The translations under genes were made by a program, and so were the position numbers. From assembly GCF_006345805.1 (NCBI RefSeq), contig NC_043000.1, positions 133,424,001-133,488,000 on the forward strand: a DNA stretch of 64,000 bases. The letters are read 5' to 3'. The first letter of the stretch is position 1. Every line of letters starts with the position of its first letter. Positions 36,802 through 51,620 of this stretch are shown here, one piece after another. This DNA is from Octopus sinensis. Its lineage: Eukaryota. Below the pieces are notes generated by a model that had not been told where the DNA came from, searched no databases, and saw nothing but the letters and a program-made list of their open reading frames with translations.

Positions 36802-39631
36802 GAAAATAAAAGTTTGCTGTCAAAAGTTACGGAAGCGACTCGTTTTTAATTTGTTCTTCCTATGAATTGTTGTCTTCCCATGAAATAGGGATAAATGTTT
36901 TCTGATCTTTAGACTTTCTTTTTACATTTCTATCACCAATGAAATAAAAATTCCTTTTATCGCAACTTTTACAGCAAATGTAAATTACCACCTAAATTTC
37001 ACCTTCTTTTAATGAGGCTTCTCGTTTCTGTTTTTCTTTATAAATTCCAGACGCGAATCTTTTCTTATTGGTTGACGAAGCCATCGAGTGAAGCTTAAAG
37101 TTCCAGTCGATACCAATCTTGCATTGAATTTGATTCAACTCTCAGTATTGAGTTCCTTCAGTAAAAATACCTTTGTTATTTTTGTTTTAAATTAGTAACT
37201 ACAATTTAATATTTCTTGTGCTCTCTTTTTTCTCTATCTCTCTGTGTGCATGTATGTGTATATGTGTGTTTCTACCTGTATTTACACACGCATACACACA
37301 TACTCGCACGCGCGCACACACACTCACACACATATTCATATTATACGTTTAAATTCTTATACACGCGAACATACAAATAGATACATATCTAATTTAAGCA
37401 TTTTTGTGTGGGTCTATTTTAGATAAATGTTTGTGGGTATAAGTTTACTAATTTGTTTTGTGAGATTCCTAATGCGAAATCGCGTGTTAAAACAGATATT
37501 GATATTCTTATTTTATCTGATGTCCATTGTCTGGAAATCTTTCGTCAAACACCTGTGACCTCTTCTGCGACTCTTTCATCCACGTGTTTCCTCTTGCTCA
37601 GACAATGGACACGAGATAAAATATGAACAAAAATAAACGAATGAAGAACGAATATATAGTGTGCGTATTTATTTGGCAAGAAAAATAAAATAACCACCTC
37701 GAAATATAACAATATTTGTGGGTATACATGCACGCATATTTAAGGTCAGGTAACTAATATCCCACTTCTGTATTCCATGAACTCTTTCACTGATAAACTA
37801 AATTCAATGGAAACAAGTCATCGAGTAAACAAATGAATGAAATAGCTAAATGTTTTACTTTTTTGTTGCACGAGTGGGCGCACCTATTCAAGGTGTCACG
37901 TAGTGGGATTGAACCGGAAATTATTTGGTTACGAAGCGAACTTGATAGCAACACATCCATGCCCGTGTCTATTTCAAGTGATTTATCAAGAATGTAGCGA
38001 AGTTGTGTATGCATGTATGTATGCATGAAAACATGTACATACGCATGTATACATGTATGTATATGAATATTATGTCATGTCACTCTTGGTACTACAAGGA
38101 ACGTGTAATCCAGTACAACGTTTCGCGTGGGTGACAAACCGGCAACCCCACCGAGTGTAATATACCTCCTGAATCGAAACTTTCTCCCTTGTGATATGTA
38201 TTTATTAGGATCTCTACGAGCGCACCATTACAAACCTTGGTGTGCTCAAATACTCGGCTATCTCTTCCATACGCTTCTTGCGTATTAAGAAGTGATATTC
38301 TATTTGTCATTTTGAACCACACAGTTAGATTAGGTCACTTTTCGTTTCCATTCCGAACCCTCCTCACACAAGCGCAAACAATCTACCTGAAACGTTGATA
38401 TCTCCCGCAAGATTTCAAATAAACCCACAAAATAATTTATCCAATGTATCCTTTTTTTTCTCAAGGCAATCGGGTTTAATTCTAAACCGATTCGTCAAGT
38501 ATTTCTAGCAGATTGGTCGAGTGACCGTGCAGAGGTTCCATTGTTATCTTATTGTAGGGACATTTTTTGAGCGTGTGTTGTATTTCCTCAACTACAATCC
38601 TTGAGCCTTTAGCATTGTGTATGTGTTTCGTGGTGGGGACGATGTGTTAAGAGTTACTATGGTTGTGGGCAAGCATTTGCTTGGCCACCAACAAAGCGAT
38701 AACGCCACTTTATCTCTCTTCCCCACTCAGAGGGAAAATAAGAGCAGGAAACGTTAAAATTCTCATACCCGACCACAGTAGTAATCAAACGGTTCCATAA
38801 AATTCTTATCGAGTAATTGGTACCGATACAAACGACCACCTGTTTATTTGGGAACTAGATTTTACCCTATGTGTCAGGAGTGATTGAGGTAATTTCGGTC
38901 GGATGACTGGATAACAGGAATATAAGATAGTTAGCGACAAGTAAATTTTTCTAAGTAAGCCACTGTAGTTTTTGATCTGACGATAAATTTCATTTTATTT
39001 CCAGAAGCTATCTTACTCTTAACCCTGCCAATCTCAAGCGCAGTTTAGAAGTAAAATCGATAGCAAGGTCTTAAGATAGTGGATCGTTTGACGAATTTTG
39101 CTAAAGTTCTCACTACGATCCATTAATATGCCTCTTTTTATTGCGATCGGCTTAAGCATTTACTAGTTTTCGTATTAACCGTATTGTGGTTATTTGGAGA
39201 TGCGTACAATACTCTTCTGTGTTTGTTTAGATATAAATATTGTGCTTCCGCATGTTAGGTGTATTTAACGAGGGTTTTAGAATTCACTGGGACCTTAAAA
39301 GGGACACTTTTGCATTATTTATGGCGGTGAACAAGGGAAAGTAGTGATGATGTATATCAAATAGCAAGTGTTTAGAACTTAGAATATCGTATACACATGT
39401 ACTAAAAATCTTGATTTCCAAATCGAGAGACTGTCTTTTCGTTCCTTGTGCTGATAAAGCTGGAAATAAATAAAACAATTTGCGGTATTACAACTGTGTT
39501 TGTTTGTGTGTGTGTGCGAGTGCGTGTGTGTGCGTGTGTATGTATGTATGTCTGTATGTATGCATGCATGCATCTATGTATGTATGTATGTATGTATGTA
39601 TGTATGTATGTATGTATGTATGTTTATGTCA

Positions 39632-40000
39632 GGTCACTTTCGAGTGCTACTGGTAACATGTAACCCAGTACAACCTGTTGCATGGTCGGGTCGTCGGCGA
39701 CTAAACCGGCAACCCCACCAAGCTTGCTTGGTGATGAGGGTGTTTATTGGACACCCTGCGGGATGAAAATCAAAACCCGTCAAAGGGTGGAGGAACTCTT
39801 GAGAGTCAACGGCCATCCAATAAATGTCTTAAGGCTGTATCATGCGCGGGGACATAGAAATAATCGGACTGAATACCCGATCGCGCGGTTAAACCATTGG
39901 GAGTGAAGGACTCCTAGCCTTTGTTAGGGAATCCTTCTTGGAGAAAGTAACTCAGGTAACTGGGATAACTCCGACATAAAACCTGCGGCTCAGCGGTTAC
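39632..40000 (+). mobile_element. Probable RTE-type LINE 5' UTR with a candidate HDV-like ribozyme at its start
   Basis: GC/CpG-rich block after (TATG)n; degenerate sister copy near 38075-38150; partial double-pseudoknot fit. Confidence 0.4.
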
Positions 40001-42534
40001 CGAAGATGTTGATTTGTTCTTCTTTTCGGATTATGGCTGCTGTTGCTTAGTGAGTGGGATTGACTCAGTGCACAGCCTTTCCTCACTTAAAAAACAATCT
40101 TCTTGCACAGGCATTGCACGATAACAACATTGATTAAGCTTCGTGCAATGGCCATACTCGATAACGAGGGGGCAGCCACCATGTATGTATGTTTGCTTTT
40201 TCTTTTCTCTTGTAAATCTTGAATAAATTTTAATTGGCCACCTGCTTGATAGCAAAGGTTATGAAGAAAAGCATCTTGTTTTGTTCAACATCATTTTAAA
40301 TCTTAAAAAGGTCTTGCTGACTTACATTTTTCTAGATATCGTGTTCATTTGTTGCACTCTCAGTCTGCCGGTCAGCCTGCCTGCCTGTATGTATGTATGT
40401 ATGTATGGATAGATAGATGGATGTCTGTATGTGTGTATATATGTATATATGCACGCACATACTCACACACAGAAGTCCATATTTAAGAAGTCCATACGAT
40501 GCGGTTTTGTATTAAACAATCTATTTCCCTTTTATGTCTTAATATATTATCACTGTATCTGATATTTCGGTTTAAAACACTCTAGAACCTAATTCTGACG
40601 AAATCATTGGACTTCAGATATTGTTTTGATTTAACAGCGTCGTCTAGAGGTTGCTGACTTACCAGTTCAATATTTTCCGTCAGATGTTCTTGAGAATGAA
40701 CTGCCTAATCAAGTTTTACGACCGAAAAAGGAATTCGTATGCTTTTAACTCTGTACTTGCAAGAAAAATCCATTTGGAAAGAGAAAGGAGAGTGGGGGAG
40801 AAAGTGTGAGTGAAAGGAGAGGAAGAGAGAGAGAGGTAGGGGAGGAAGTTCTTTTTTGTGGAACTGTGGCTGGCAGCTTTTCTTGGTTTAGGGGTGGTAA
40901 AATGGAGGACTCCGCAAAGTTGGTTGAAATCCTCCTGGCAAATGACCAGAACGATAAGTTCTTTTGATGTTCTCCATACAAACATGCGTCGGCTGTCGAT
41001 GAATACAATCTGATTTTTATCAGTAAACGCTGTAGTTTACAATAGTTTTCCTTTTTATGGATTTCAAACCAAACTTTTTGCTGTTTACTTCGGAAGCAAC
41101 AATTTTCTTTCTGTGTAACAATAAAATAACCGTTAAACATTTCTAATTCCGTTACATAAACATTCATGGATTCCATTCCTATCTAAAAACATACATTCTA
41201 TCAACTCGTTAACTGCACACTCGATTCCCATCTAAGAAAAAGTATTCAATCCTTCAAACCAAACTACACTTACTAAAGTTTCGTTGAGAGTTGATATATG
41301 TGAGTATATAAAACACACTTTTCCAATCACCCTGAAGTTACTATAAATACTAGACCTTACATGCTGATCAATCTTGTCAACCTCACACACAAAACGTAAC
41401 TACAATCTTTTGAAGATTAGACAACACTTCAGTTATGACCAGCTACTAACTCCCTATAAAGCTCCATTTAAGACCTACAACAAATCTTACTTGAACTTAC
41501 GAGAGCCTGCTGAAAAGCTCCTGGCTTTAAGGCCTGGTTAGAGGTCCAAACTTCCAAGTTCTTTTACTGGGATTAGAAAAACTGAAGGACCGTTGCAATA
41601 AGTGTGTGAATCTGAGAGGGGAATATGTTGAATGAAAATCATAATTAACTGATCCTCCTGTATTTTCTTTTACCCAAAGCCAGAAACTTTTCAGTACTAT
41701 GTCGCAAAGTTCGGCCCACAAATTTTGAAGGGTTTCATTGCTACACACAACAAGAATACCGAACTACATCGAAAGGTCATTTAAGTGATTATCAAAATAT
41801 CACACATCAACTCACTACAATCTCTGGCTTTACTGATGCTCTACTTCCTATCACTCTGCATATTCTCTTAATGCTACAATGTCTACGGTTTCTTTGAGCT
41901 ATCTTGTAACACACTATCTTTACCCAGGCTCACTAGACAAATATGTCTATCTCTCATTTTATTTCCGTCCCTGCTGTGATACTGTGAGAGGAAGGAGCTG
42001 TACTCGTGGCTTTCGTAGGCTATGAAAACCTTGTGCAACTGAAGCGGCTGTCGTTAAGTTTAAAGTCAACTAGTGAAAGTCAATCTCTGCAAGAAAAATA
42101 TGGGAATGGAATTTCAAAGGGTTGGCATTTAGGGAGGACGGATTATCTGTAGTGTCGAGTAGAGACGAGGAAGAAGAGTGACGAGTATGCCGAAAGGGCG
42201 TGGATGGAAGTGATATACGATTAGCTAATCCTGAGGAACAGTGGCCATTGAGCTTGAAGGAGAAGAGGGAATGAGATGGTATGTTAGTAGGCTACAGATA
42301 TTGGAGTGTGTTGGCGAGTTATATACGTATGAGTGTATATACACCTACACTCGCACATGTATGTATGTATGTATGTATGTATGTATGTATGTATGTATGT
42401 ATGTATGTATGTATGTATGTATGTGTGTATGTATATTGCTTTATTTAATTTAAATGTATTTTAGTTATTTACACATTATTTATTAACTTCTGCCAGTTGG
42501 TTTTTCTATGCTACCACCATGTACGTGTGTATGA

Positions 42535-42603
<69 letters not shown>

Positions 42604-43499
42604 ATAGTGCGTGTACGAGGATTATATATACACACACACAGACACACACATACACACATAGATAGATAAACTTACTTGGAAAATGGACGTGGCGTTCAAT
42701 CAAATAATAATATAATATAATATATATATATATATATTATATGCATATGTATATATATTATATATATACATTATATATAAAGTCATATATATATACACAC
42801 ACATATATATATATATATAATATATAAAGTCATATATATATACACACACATATATATACACACACATATACATACACACACACAGACATATTTATATACT
42901 CATACGCAAATACATGTTCATATACATGTTGGTAGTACAGAAAAAAACAACTGGCAGAAGTCAAATAATTGCCAAATAACTAGAATACATTGAAATTAAA
43001 GCAAAAAAGTTTTTTTTTTAATTCAATAGGCCAAGACGATATTTTTCCCTAACTTTGAGGAAAAGAGAAATCATTTTGCTAATAGTTTTTAGTCTCCAAT
43101 GAAATAAAACTAGGAAGTGTTTCATACAAGATATGATTCATGAAGAAAATATTCATAGAATAGGAAATAATAAATATCCAACAAGCTTTAAAAATATTAA
43201 AGAATCTAACAGAAATTCCAACCAGGAAGTGGAAATATATTCAGCCTTTAGAGAGAGTAAAGTTTTGCTTAATAAACTTATTTTGGTGACGACATTTTGG
43301 AATTAGCTCATTCTTAGAATTCAACAGGATGAGCGGTCGTTATATTCATATAAGGAAGATCCAAATTCTCAAGAATATGCTTTGAAAAATCCTACCACTC
43401 ATCGACAACAATATCTTAATGTTTGTGATGCCTTCATTTTTCTATTAAAAGACCTCTTTTCTCTGGATGTCTAAAAGAATATTTTCAGTGTGAATCTGG

Positions 43500-43760
43500 A
43501 GAAAAACTGAATTCTAGCCTTCATGAGTCGTACTAGTAAGATCGTGTTGAATGTGATCCAAGAAATACTCGTCACTATTGTCAAAGTTGACACTCTTTGC
43601 GTCTGCATGCATGAAACGTCGACGCTAAATGCAGTATATTTGTCAGAATAATCTTGCAGTTGAACGGCCATTGCTCCTGGTATTTGTGGACTTTAAGAAA
43701 ACCTTTGATATCAATAATCTATAAGATCTGGATATTTTAGAAGACAAGGTAAGATTGACT
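43500..43760 (+). pseudogene. Highly degraded RTE-like reverse transcriptase fragment
   Basis: ILAFMSRTSKIVLNVIQE and PLLLVFVDFKKTFD. Confidence 0.5.
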
Positions 43761-44134
43761 GAAGATCTCTACATCGAATCTCATAGTACCACCTTCTGGG
43801 AAGAAATGAAGATACTCCACAGTTCAGTACTTTTAAGCTGCAATGATGCCCACTTTCACCAGTTTTGCGTTTAACCTCAGGAATAACTCATGCGTGAATG
43901 GACTGCATGATCAGCGCATTTAACAACATCTGATATGTAAGGAATGCATTGTACAGATTATAAATATGTGAACAAACAAGTATTGGTGTTTAAGGAAGTT
44001 GACGCATAGAAAATGCTGTCACCTTCAGAAGTATTGCTGTATGAATGTTACGGGCAACACACACATCCTGGAATAACAAAATAAGAGAAGAGCATCGCTT
44101 AGGTAAAGAAGGCTTAGCAATGATGCTTTTTTAA

Positions 44135-44451
44135 CTGGCACTCCGTTGGTCACAACGGCAAGTGTTGTAGTTTATTCAGTCAACGGAACAGCCTGCTCGT
44201 GAAAGTAGCGTGCAAGTGGCTGAGAACTCCAGACACAAGTAGCCTTAACGTAGTTCTCAAGAAGAATTAGCATGACACAAAATGTGACAAGGCTGGCCGT
44301 TTGAAATACAGGTACTACTCATTTTTGCCAGCTAATTACACTGGAGCAACGAGAAATAAAGTGTTTTGCTCAAGGACACAATGTGCCACCGAGAATCGAA
44401 CTTACGATCTTACGATCTTGAGCCGAATACACTAACCACTAAGCCACGCGC
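44135..44451 (-). mobile_element. tRNA-derived SINE (family C variant)
   Basis: reverse complement matches 9392-9655. Confidence 0.7.
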
Positions 44452-45603
44452 TTTCACGATGCCTTTTAACACTTTGAGTCTCTCTTTCTCTCTCTCCAGT
44501 GACCACTAGGACGTTTTTATTAGAGCCAGATCCACTCTCTTATGTAACTTCTCACTCACACTATAGAGACGTTCGGTGAAAGCTATGTTTTTGTCTTATG
44601 CACCAGAAAAGCTTTTGACAGTGCCTGATATGCATATCTCTTTATCAAAACTTTCCAACTTAATTCTCAGAAAGGCAAGTGTTGACAGAGCTGTTTCTGT
44701 TTTACTTCCAGTCAATCTTGGTGCGCTATTTTTATGTCACCCACTCCTTTGCTTCTATACATCAATAACCAACTTGACGCCACGTCCAACAACGCTCACT
44801 CTGCCACTTCTTATGTAACCATGAAAAGTTCTTAATGTCTCCTTTCAACTTGTTGAATTCTGTAAGTGAGCTAATTTCTAAATGTCGTCACCAAAACAAG
44901 TTTATTTGATATTTTTCTACCTAAAGGGTGAATATATTTCAACTTTCTGGTTGAAATTTCGTTGAAATTTCATTGAAATTCTACGATACTTTTGGAAGCT
45001 TCCTGAAATTCTATAAATTTTGTATCAACTGAATATTTAAGATTCTCTTTTTAAACCCGCATTTGTTTCAAACAATTTCTTGTAGCTAGTTGTCGTTGAA
45101 AGAAATCTCGTAGTAGACTCAAAACTATTAACGAACTAGTTCTTTTTTCTTCTCAAAACTGGGAAAAAATATGTATAGAATTTAACAATTAAATCTCACA
45201 AAACATTTAGCTTTATTTTATTGTATTATATTTGCTTGTTTAAGCACCTTTTAGCTGTTTTTCCTGTGCTGTCAATATATATATGTTATATATATGTCTG
45301 TTTTCCCTTGACCAATTCTTTTCTTTTTTCTTTTCCTTCTCTTTATAAAACTAACGTTCTTCCTCTTTATATGACTAACGTTCGTTCTCTTCCTTCCTCC
45401 ACAAACTTGAATGCATTTACCCCTTCTTTGCTTTTTTACGTTCCATTCAATCAGTTACTTAAATAATAATGAACCTTACACTTAATTACTTTCAAACTTA
45501 TTCCTTTAAATAACTTTTCTCCATAAAGCAATCGTTGATAATTGCACCTGTACTTTAGCAAACAATCTATCTCATACTACCTCTTTCTTTCTTTCTTTCT
45601 TTC

Positions 45604-45634
<31 letters not shown>

Positions 45635-47656
45635 CTCTGTCTTCTTTCCTCTATGCTCTGTTGCCTCACAGAGTGTTTTACAGGTATCAAAATTTTTTTC
45701 TGGACTTATATCTAAATACAATGTCCGCCAACCACTACTTTATACTTAAAATTTTAAATTCCAAAAGTCTCATTAAGAATAAATCTCGTTTTGCCCAAAT
45801 AAAGACCACCCTGCAACTTAAGAAGTGTGACAAAATTATAAAAGATAAAACAACAAACAATATTTGGTAAGAGCAATTTATTAAGATTAAGCAGATAATA
45901 GTGAAATTATACTATAGTTGAATTTAGAGGTGTATATTTTTTCAAGTACAATTGTATCATTATATCCGTAGAATTTGTAATACATATTTTCTGTGCTGCT
46001 TTCGCAGCCAAACATACATACATTTATATTATAATGTATTATAATGTATATGTGTGTGTGCGTGTGTGTGTGTGTATGTGTATGTAATATATATATGTGT
46101 ACGTGTGTATGATATATACATATGTGTGTGTATATATATATATATATATATACTATACTTATATATATTATATACATATAAGTATAGTATAGTAGTATAT
46201 AATAGATTATATATATATATATATATATAGTATAATATATTAGTCAAATTATTATATAATATATAATATATTAGTATCTAATATATATATAATATTAATA
46301 TATTAGTATAATAATATATATATATAATATATTAGATAATATATATATATAAATTATACATATAAGTATATGTGCGTGTGTGTGTGCATGTGTGCGTGTG
46401 TGTGCGCGCGTGTGCGCGCGTGTGTGTGTGCACGTGTGTGTGTGTGTGTGTGTGTACTTTTGCAAAAAAAATCAGATTCAATAAATTATATTAAAATGGA
46501 GAAATATTTAAGTGTTATTATTGCATTGATCGAAATAATGAGGAGGTTTGAAATAATGTTGTCGATGCGGAGAATGACGTGGGTGATGATGACAGTAATA
46601 ATAATAGTAATAATAATAATAATATAAAATAATAATAATAATAATAATAATGATAATAATAATTATAATGGTTTCTGATTTAGGCACAAAGCCACCAATT
46701 TGTTGGGGGAATGGCTTAATCGATATTATCGACTCCAGTACTTTATCAACTGGTACTTTATTTTAGCGACCTCGAGAGGATGAAAGGCAAAGTTGACCTT
46801 GGCGGGATTTGAACTCAGAATGTAAAGAGCCGGAAGGAGTGCCGTACGGAAGTTCCGACGCTCTGACAATCCTGCCAGTTCGCCACCTTAGGAATAACAA
46901 TATTAAAGGTTTCATATTTTGGCACATGGCCAGCAATTTTAATGCAGGAATTCAGTCAATTACATCGACCCCAGTGTTCAACTGGTACTCATTTTATCGA
47001 CCCAAAAAGGATGAAGGGCAAAGTCAACCTCGCGGGAACTGGAACACCGAACGTAAACGTGAAGTCAGAAAAAATGCTGTTAAGCATTTTGCCTGGCGTG
47101 TTAACGTTTCTGTCAGCTCGCCGCTCTAGTAAAAACAATAATTATAATAACAAGTTTGAAAGAATATTAACAGTAACAACTATAGACGTTTTGGACATTC
47201 GACTAACAGATAAAATTTTTGAAGTAAAATTATTGCCATTGTTTCGTTTAAAAACCACCTTCACTTCCTTCAGTTTCTTTTGAAAATCTATTTCCGGTAT
47301 ATTTCGTTGTTCGCTCTCGAACGTTCAATGCAGATTACAGGACCTTCAGGTTCTCCACATCGTAGAGATGGCACACTGTGGTGTCTGAAAGCCTTGCGAC
47401 AGCATAGACCTGGTCCACATTCAGAACTGTCGGTGCACTCATCCCCTAGAAACGAAATGAAAAGAATACACCAGATAATATATAAATTTAGATAATATGG
47501 GTGAAAAATTGAATATTAATTTGATTAATATCAATACAAAACCAGTGGCATAGCATATTGAAAAACCCGAAGATTCAGAAAAATTATATTACATACATAT
47601 AATGGATGTCCACTTAATGGTCATCCCTCTTATATGTATATGTATACATATATGTT

Positions 47657-47885
<229 letters not shown>

Positions 47886-47899
47886 TTAATTTTACTCTA

Positions 47900-47953
47900 C
47901 TATGTATTGAGTACCTTATTTACTGTGGTTAACCCCGAATCAACCCGGGACCT

Positions 47954-47989
<36 letters not shown>

Positions 47990-47991
47990 TA

Positions 47992-48047
<56 letters not shown>

Positions 48048-48135
48048 ATATATATATATATAATATATATATATATAATATATATTATATATAATATATA
48101 TATATATATATAATATATATATATATATATAGATA

Positions 48136-48172
<37 letters not shown>

Positions 48173-48336
48173 TATATATTATATATATATATATATTTCG
48201 TTTTTGGATTTGGTTTGCAAGATTCTTTATATGAGTTCGTGTATTTAGGAAAAAAAAAGATGAAATAAGTGGAAATTTTACCGGTGAGTGTGTTAAATAA
48301 GGCACTAAAAGAGAATGACTCTCCCCTGACACAATA

Positions 48337-48394
<58 letters not shown>

Positions 48395-48850
48395 CAAAAG
48401 AGATAACAAAGCCAAGGCTGTAGGACATTTATAAGGAAAGATATATCGATATAGTCTTACACCTGTTTCTGGGATATTATGGATATCCCTTCATCAGAGA
48501 CGATGTGGGATGGTTAAATAGAGGGGAATGTTTGAGTTTGAAATAAGGAAATATTGTCGAAGAGAAGGAGAAAAGGAATATAGAGGGAAATAAGAGAATG
48601 AAATAGGAATAAAATATAAAACATTGCAGTTCCATTATTCGAGTAAAGTGGTGTAGAGAAGTGGTTAAAAAGTTTCCTGTACATTTCCTTATAAATGACC
48701 TGAAAACTCCTCACAGAACTGGCTTTATGTCTTTTGTCTAATATATATATGCATGCTAATACAAGACCCACATTAAACTCCTCACTCGTATCACTATCGA
48801 ACCAAGAGTTTAACTACGGTCTGTCTACAGCACTTACTTAGCGTTATCTA
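47900..48850. mobile_element. Cluster of Penelope-like element remnants separated by (TA)n
   Basis: short inverted end matches, (TA)n spacers and an embedded hammerhead motif; family call is inferred. Confidence 0.45.
48454..48501 (-). ncRNA. Minimal hammerhead ribozyme motif, slightly degenerate
   Basis: minus strand GTCT-CTGATGA-A-GGGATAT(ccata)ATATCCC-A-GAAA-C(aggt)G-TA-AGAC. Confidence 0.55.
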
Positions 48851-48875
48851 CCACTTTTTGGATCTTGTTGATACC

Positions 48876-48921
<46 letters not shown>

Positions 48922-48964
48922 ATCTACATACATACATACATACATACATACATACATACATACA

Positions 48965-49002
<38 letters not shown>

Positions 49003-49214
49003 ATACGCACACACACGCACACACATACACACACATGCACGCATGCACGCACACACAAAGAGGCGTAGATACAAAGAAAATGAAAGCTTTTGTTTTCATC
49101 CCATTTGTGACATTGGGTGTATGTTCACAAACATAAATCCAGCACCTCCCCAGTCAGTCAGTAATAAATTGACGACAAATTGCACTAACAATGTATATGT
49201 GTATCTACATACAT

Positions 49215-49247
<33 letters not shown>

Positions 49248-49346
49248 TACATACACACATACATACATACATACACACATACACACACACACACATACAT
49301 ACATACATACATACATACACACATACATACATACATACATACATAC

Positions 49347-51160
49347 GTATATCGGCGCCGTCAGCATCGGACGTGTAGGTGTAGAGGACCGTTCAAAAAG
49401 TTCGTTTTGAACGCCTTCGTCTAGAAATATGCCAACTTCTCCAGCCTAAATCGGTAACTGGTTTATTTCTCCAATAATTTGTAAGAGAAACCACCTTTTA
49501 CTCACTGACCTAGCGTTATCCTGAACAGATTTTAAAATATACACCTACACCACGCGGAATCTCGCGATCACGATTATGGTTGAAACTAACACCACCACAG
49601 ATAAAAATAGAACTACTTCACCAGTAAGATATTTAAGATGACGTAAGTACTCTTCTCATTTTACTTGGACTCAACAACTAAACCACGATTTTCTTCGGTG
49701 CTATGAAAAAGCCCGAGATGACCATTCAACAGGATAAATGAAGCAGTTGAAACAATACTAGGATCTTCACAGCGAAACAGCTTTGACAACAAGCATCTTT
49801 TGTAAAATAAATAAATAAATAAATAAATAAATAAGTAAAAAAATCAAGTGGCCCTCGATCCCCCCAAAACACCGAGAATGGACAAAAATCTGCCAGAAGC
49901 GGCGTAAAAAATAATGCAAACAAACCACCGTTCCCGCCATCGCTAAATTCAAGTGTGTCTCCAAATTTAGCTGACTCTGTAGCGAAGACTGCGGCATACA
50001 TCCAACTCAAAAACATTTTAAAATTCCAATTCGCAAATTGCTACTTTCTCGAAGCTTTCGTTGAGCAACAGACCATTCCCAACGAGAGTGAGAAAAAATC
50101 CGACCGATCAACAGCAAAAATAAATATATAAATGCAGTGCTAAAAAGGGAAGTGAGCAACACTGTTGGCAATGAGTTCCTCAAGAACTCTCTCCCTGATG
50201 ATCTATACAGCCTCAAAACAGCTGGGCTCTCTTAACTCAGAGAAGACCAGGGTGGAAAACAGTCAGCGTACAAAAGAAGACTATGCATGGGTAGGTTGAC
50301 GGAAGCTTGAAGAAGAGAGTAGAATTGACACCAAGCGCAACCTCTCTTGGAAACCAGACCACTACGTCGCATCACACTTTGAGGGCTATGCGTTTACAAT
50401 CTAGAAACAGGAGATTACCACAAAGTACCTGGTGAACAAGGGAGACAGTGACGCTCTTGTAATCCCAAGGTGCAACCGCGTGTGTAGGCTATGTCATGTT
50501 TCTGTGGAAGACATCACTCATGTGATTAGCAACTGTCCTAAAATGCCGTCGCGGTACTACCTCCCTATGGGGCACGATGTTGTTGCTAAAACAATTTACA
50601 ATGTCATCCGCAAAGAAAGACTGTCCTGAAATAAACTTAGAAAATCCATCTGTTATGGAATACATTCATAAACACCAACTCAAGGGATACTGATGGAATA
50701 TTCCTATCAAAACTTCTGTCACATGTAAACATAACAGGCCAGATATTGTTGTTTGGGACAGAAGGGCAAATGTATGTACCATCATAGAGGTCAGCTGCTC
50801 TGCGTATATAAATATCTCTCTAAGAATCAAAGAAAAAGAGGATATCTATGGACAGCTACTTCGAAAGCTCCAGCTTCTATGAATTCATATTTATACCAAT
50901 AATAATTGGAGCATTAGGTTTTGTTACTGAATGTTTAAAGGAGGATCTGGATAAACTGGGATTTTCAGAAAGAGAAATCGACCGGCTAATTCGTACATTA
51001 CAAGTGCAATCTATGAGTGGAACAGTAAAAATATGCAAGATTTTTCTCAAGTTCCAAATGTGAATTTGTCTGTGTTAACATCCCAAAGATGGAGCCTTGT
51101 ATCTTTGTTGGAAACCGGCTCCCTCCTTAGTGGAAGATTTATAATAATTAAAATATAGAA
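49347..51160 (+). mobile_element. Deleted non-LTR retrotransposon with restriction-like endonuclease (R4/Dong-like)
   Basis: CRLC...H...C zinc knuckle (50432..50629), RPDIVVWD..IEV..K nuclease motif, IPIIIGALG; coding part about 50300-51060, 5' boundary inferred from the (CATA)n array. Confidence 0.7.
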
Positions 51161-51166
51161 TAGATA

Positions 51167-51202
<36 letters not shown>

Positions 51203-51541
51203 TACACACACATGCATATATATATATATACATACATATATCTTTTATCTTTTACTTGTTTTAGTCATTAAACTGTGGCCATACTGGGGCACCGCATTGA
51301 AGGATTTTAGTCGAACGAATCGACCCTAGTACTCCTCTTTTTTGTTTCTTTATACCTGGTACTTATTCTATCCGTCCCTTGGCCGAACTGCTAGGTTGCA
51401 GGGACGTAAACGCACCAACACCAGTTGTCAAGCAGTGATAGGGAACAAACACAGACAAAGACATGCACATACACACGCACGCGCCCATGCACACACACAC
51501 ACACACATACGCACACGCATATATATACACACATACACACG

Positions 51542-51620
<79 letters not shown>

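Noticed and set aside
40902-40967. Short ORF MEDSAKLVEILLANDQNDKFF with good Kozak context
   Set aside because: 21 codons, no GT donor and no recognisable homology.
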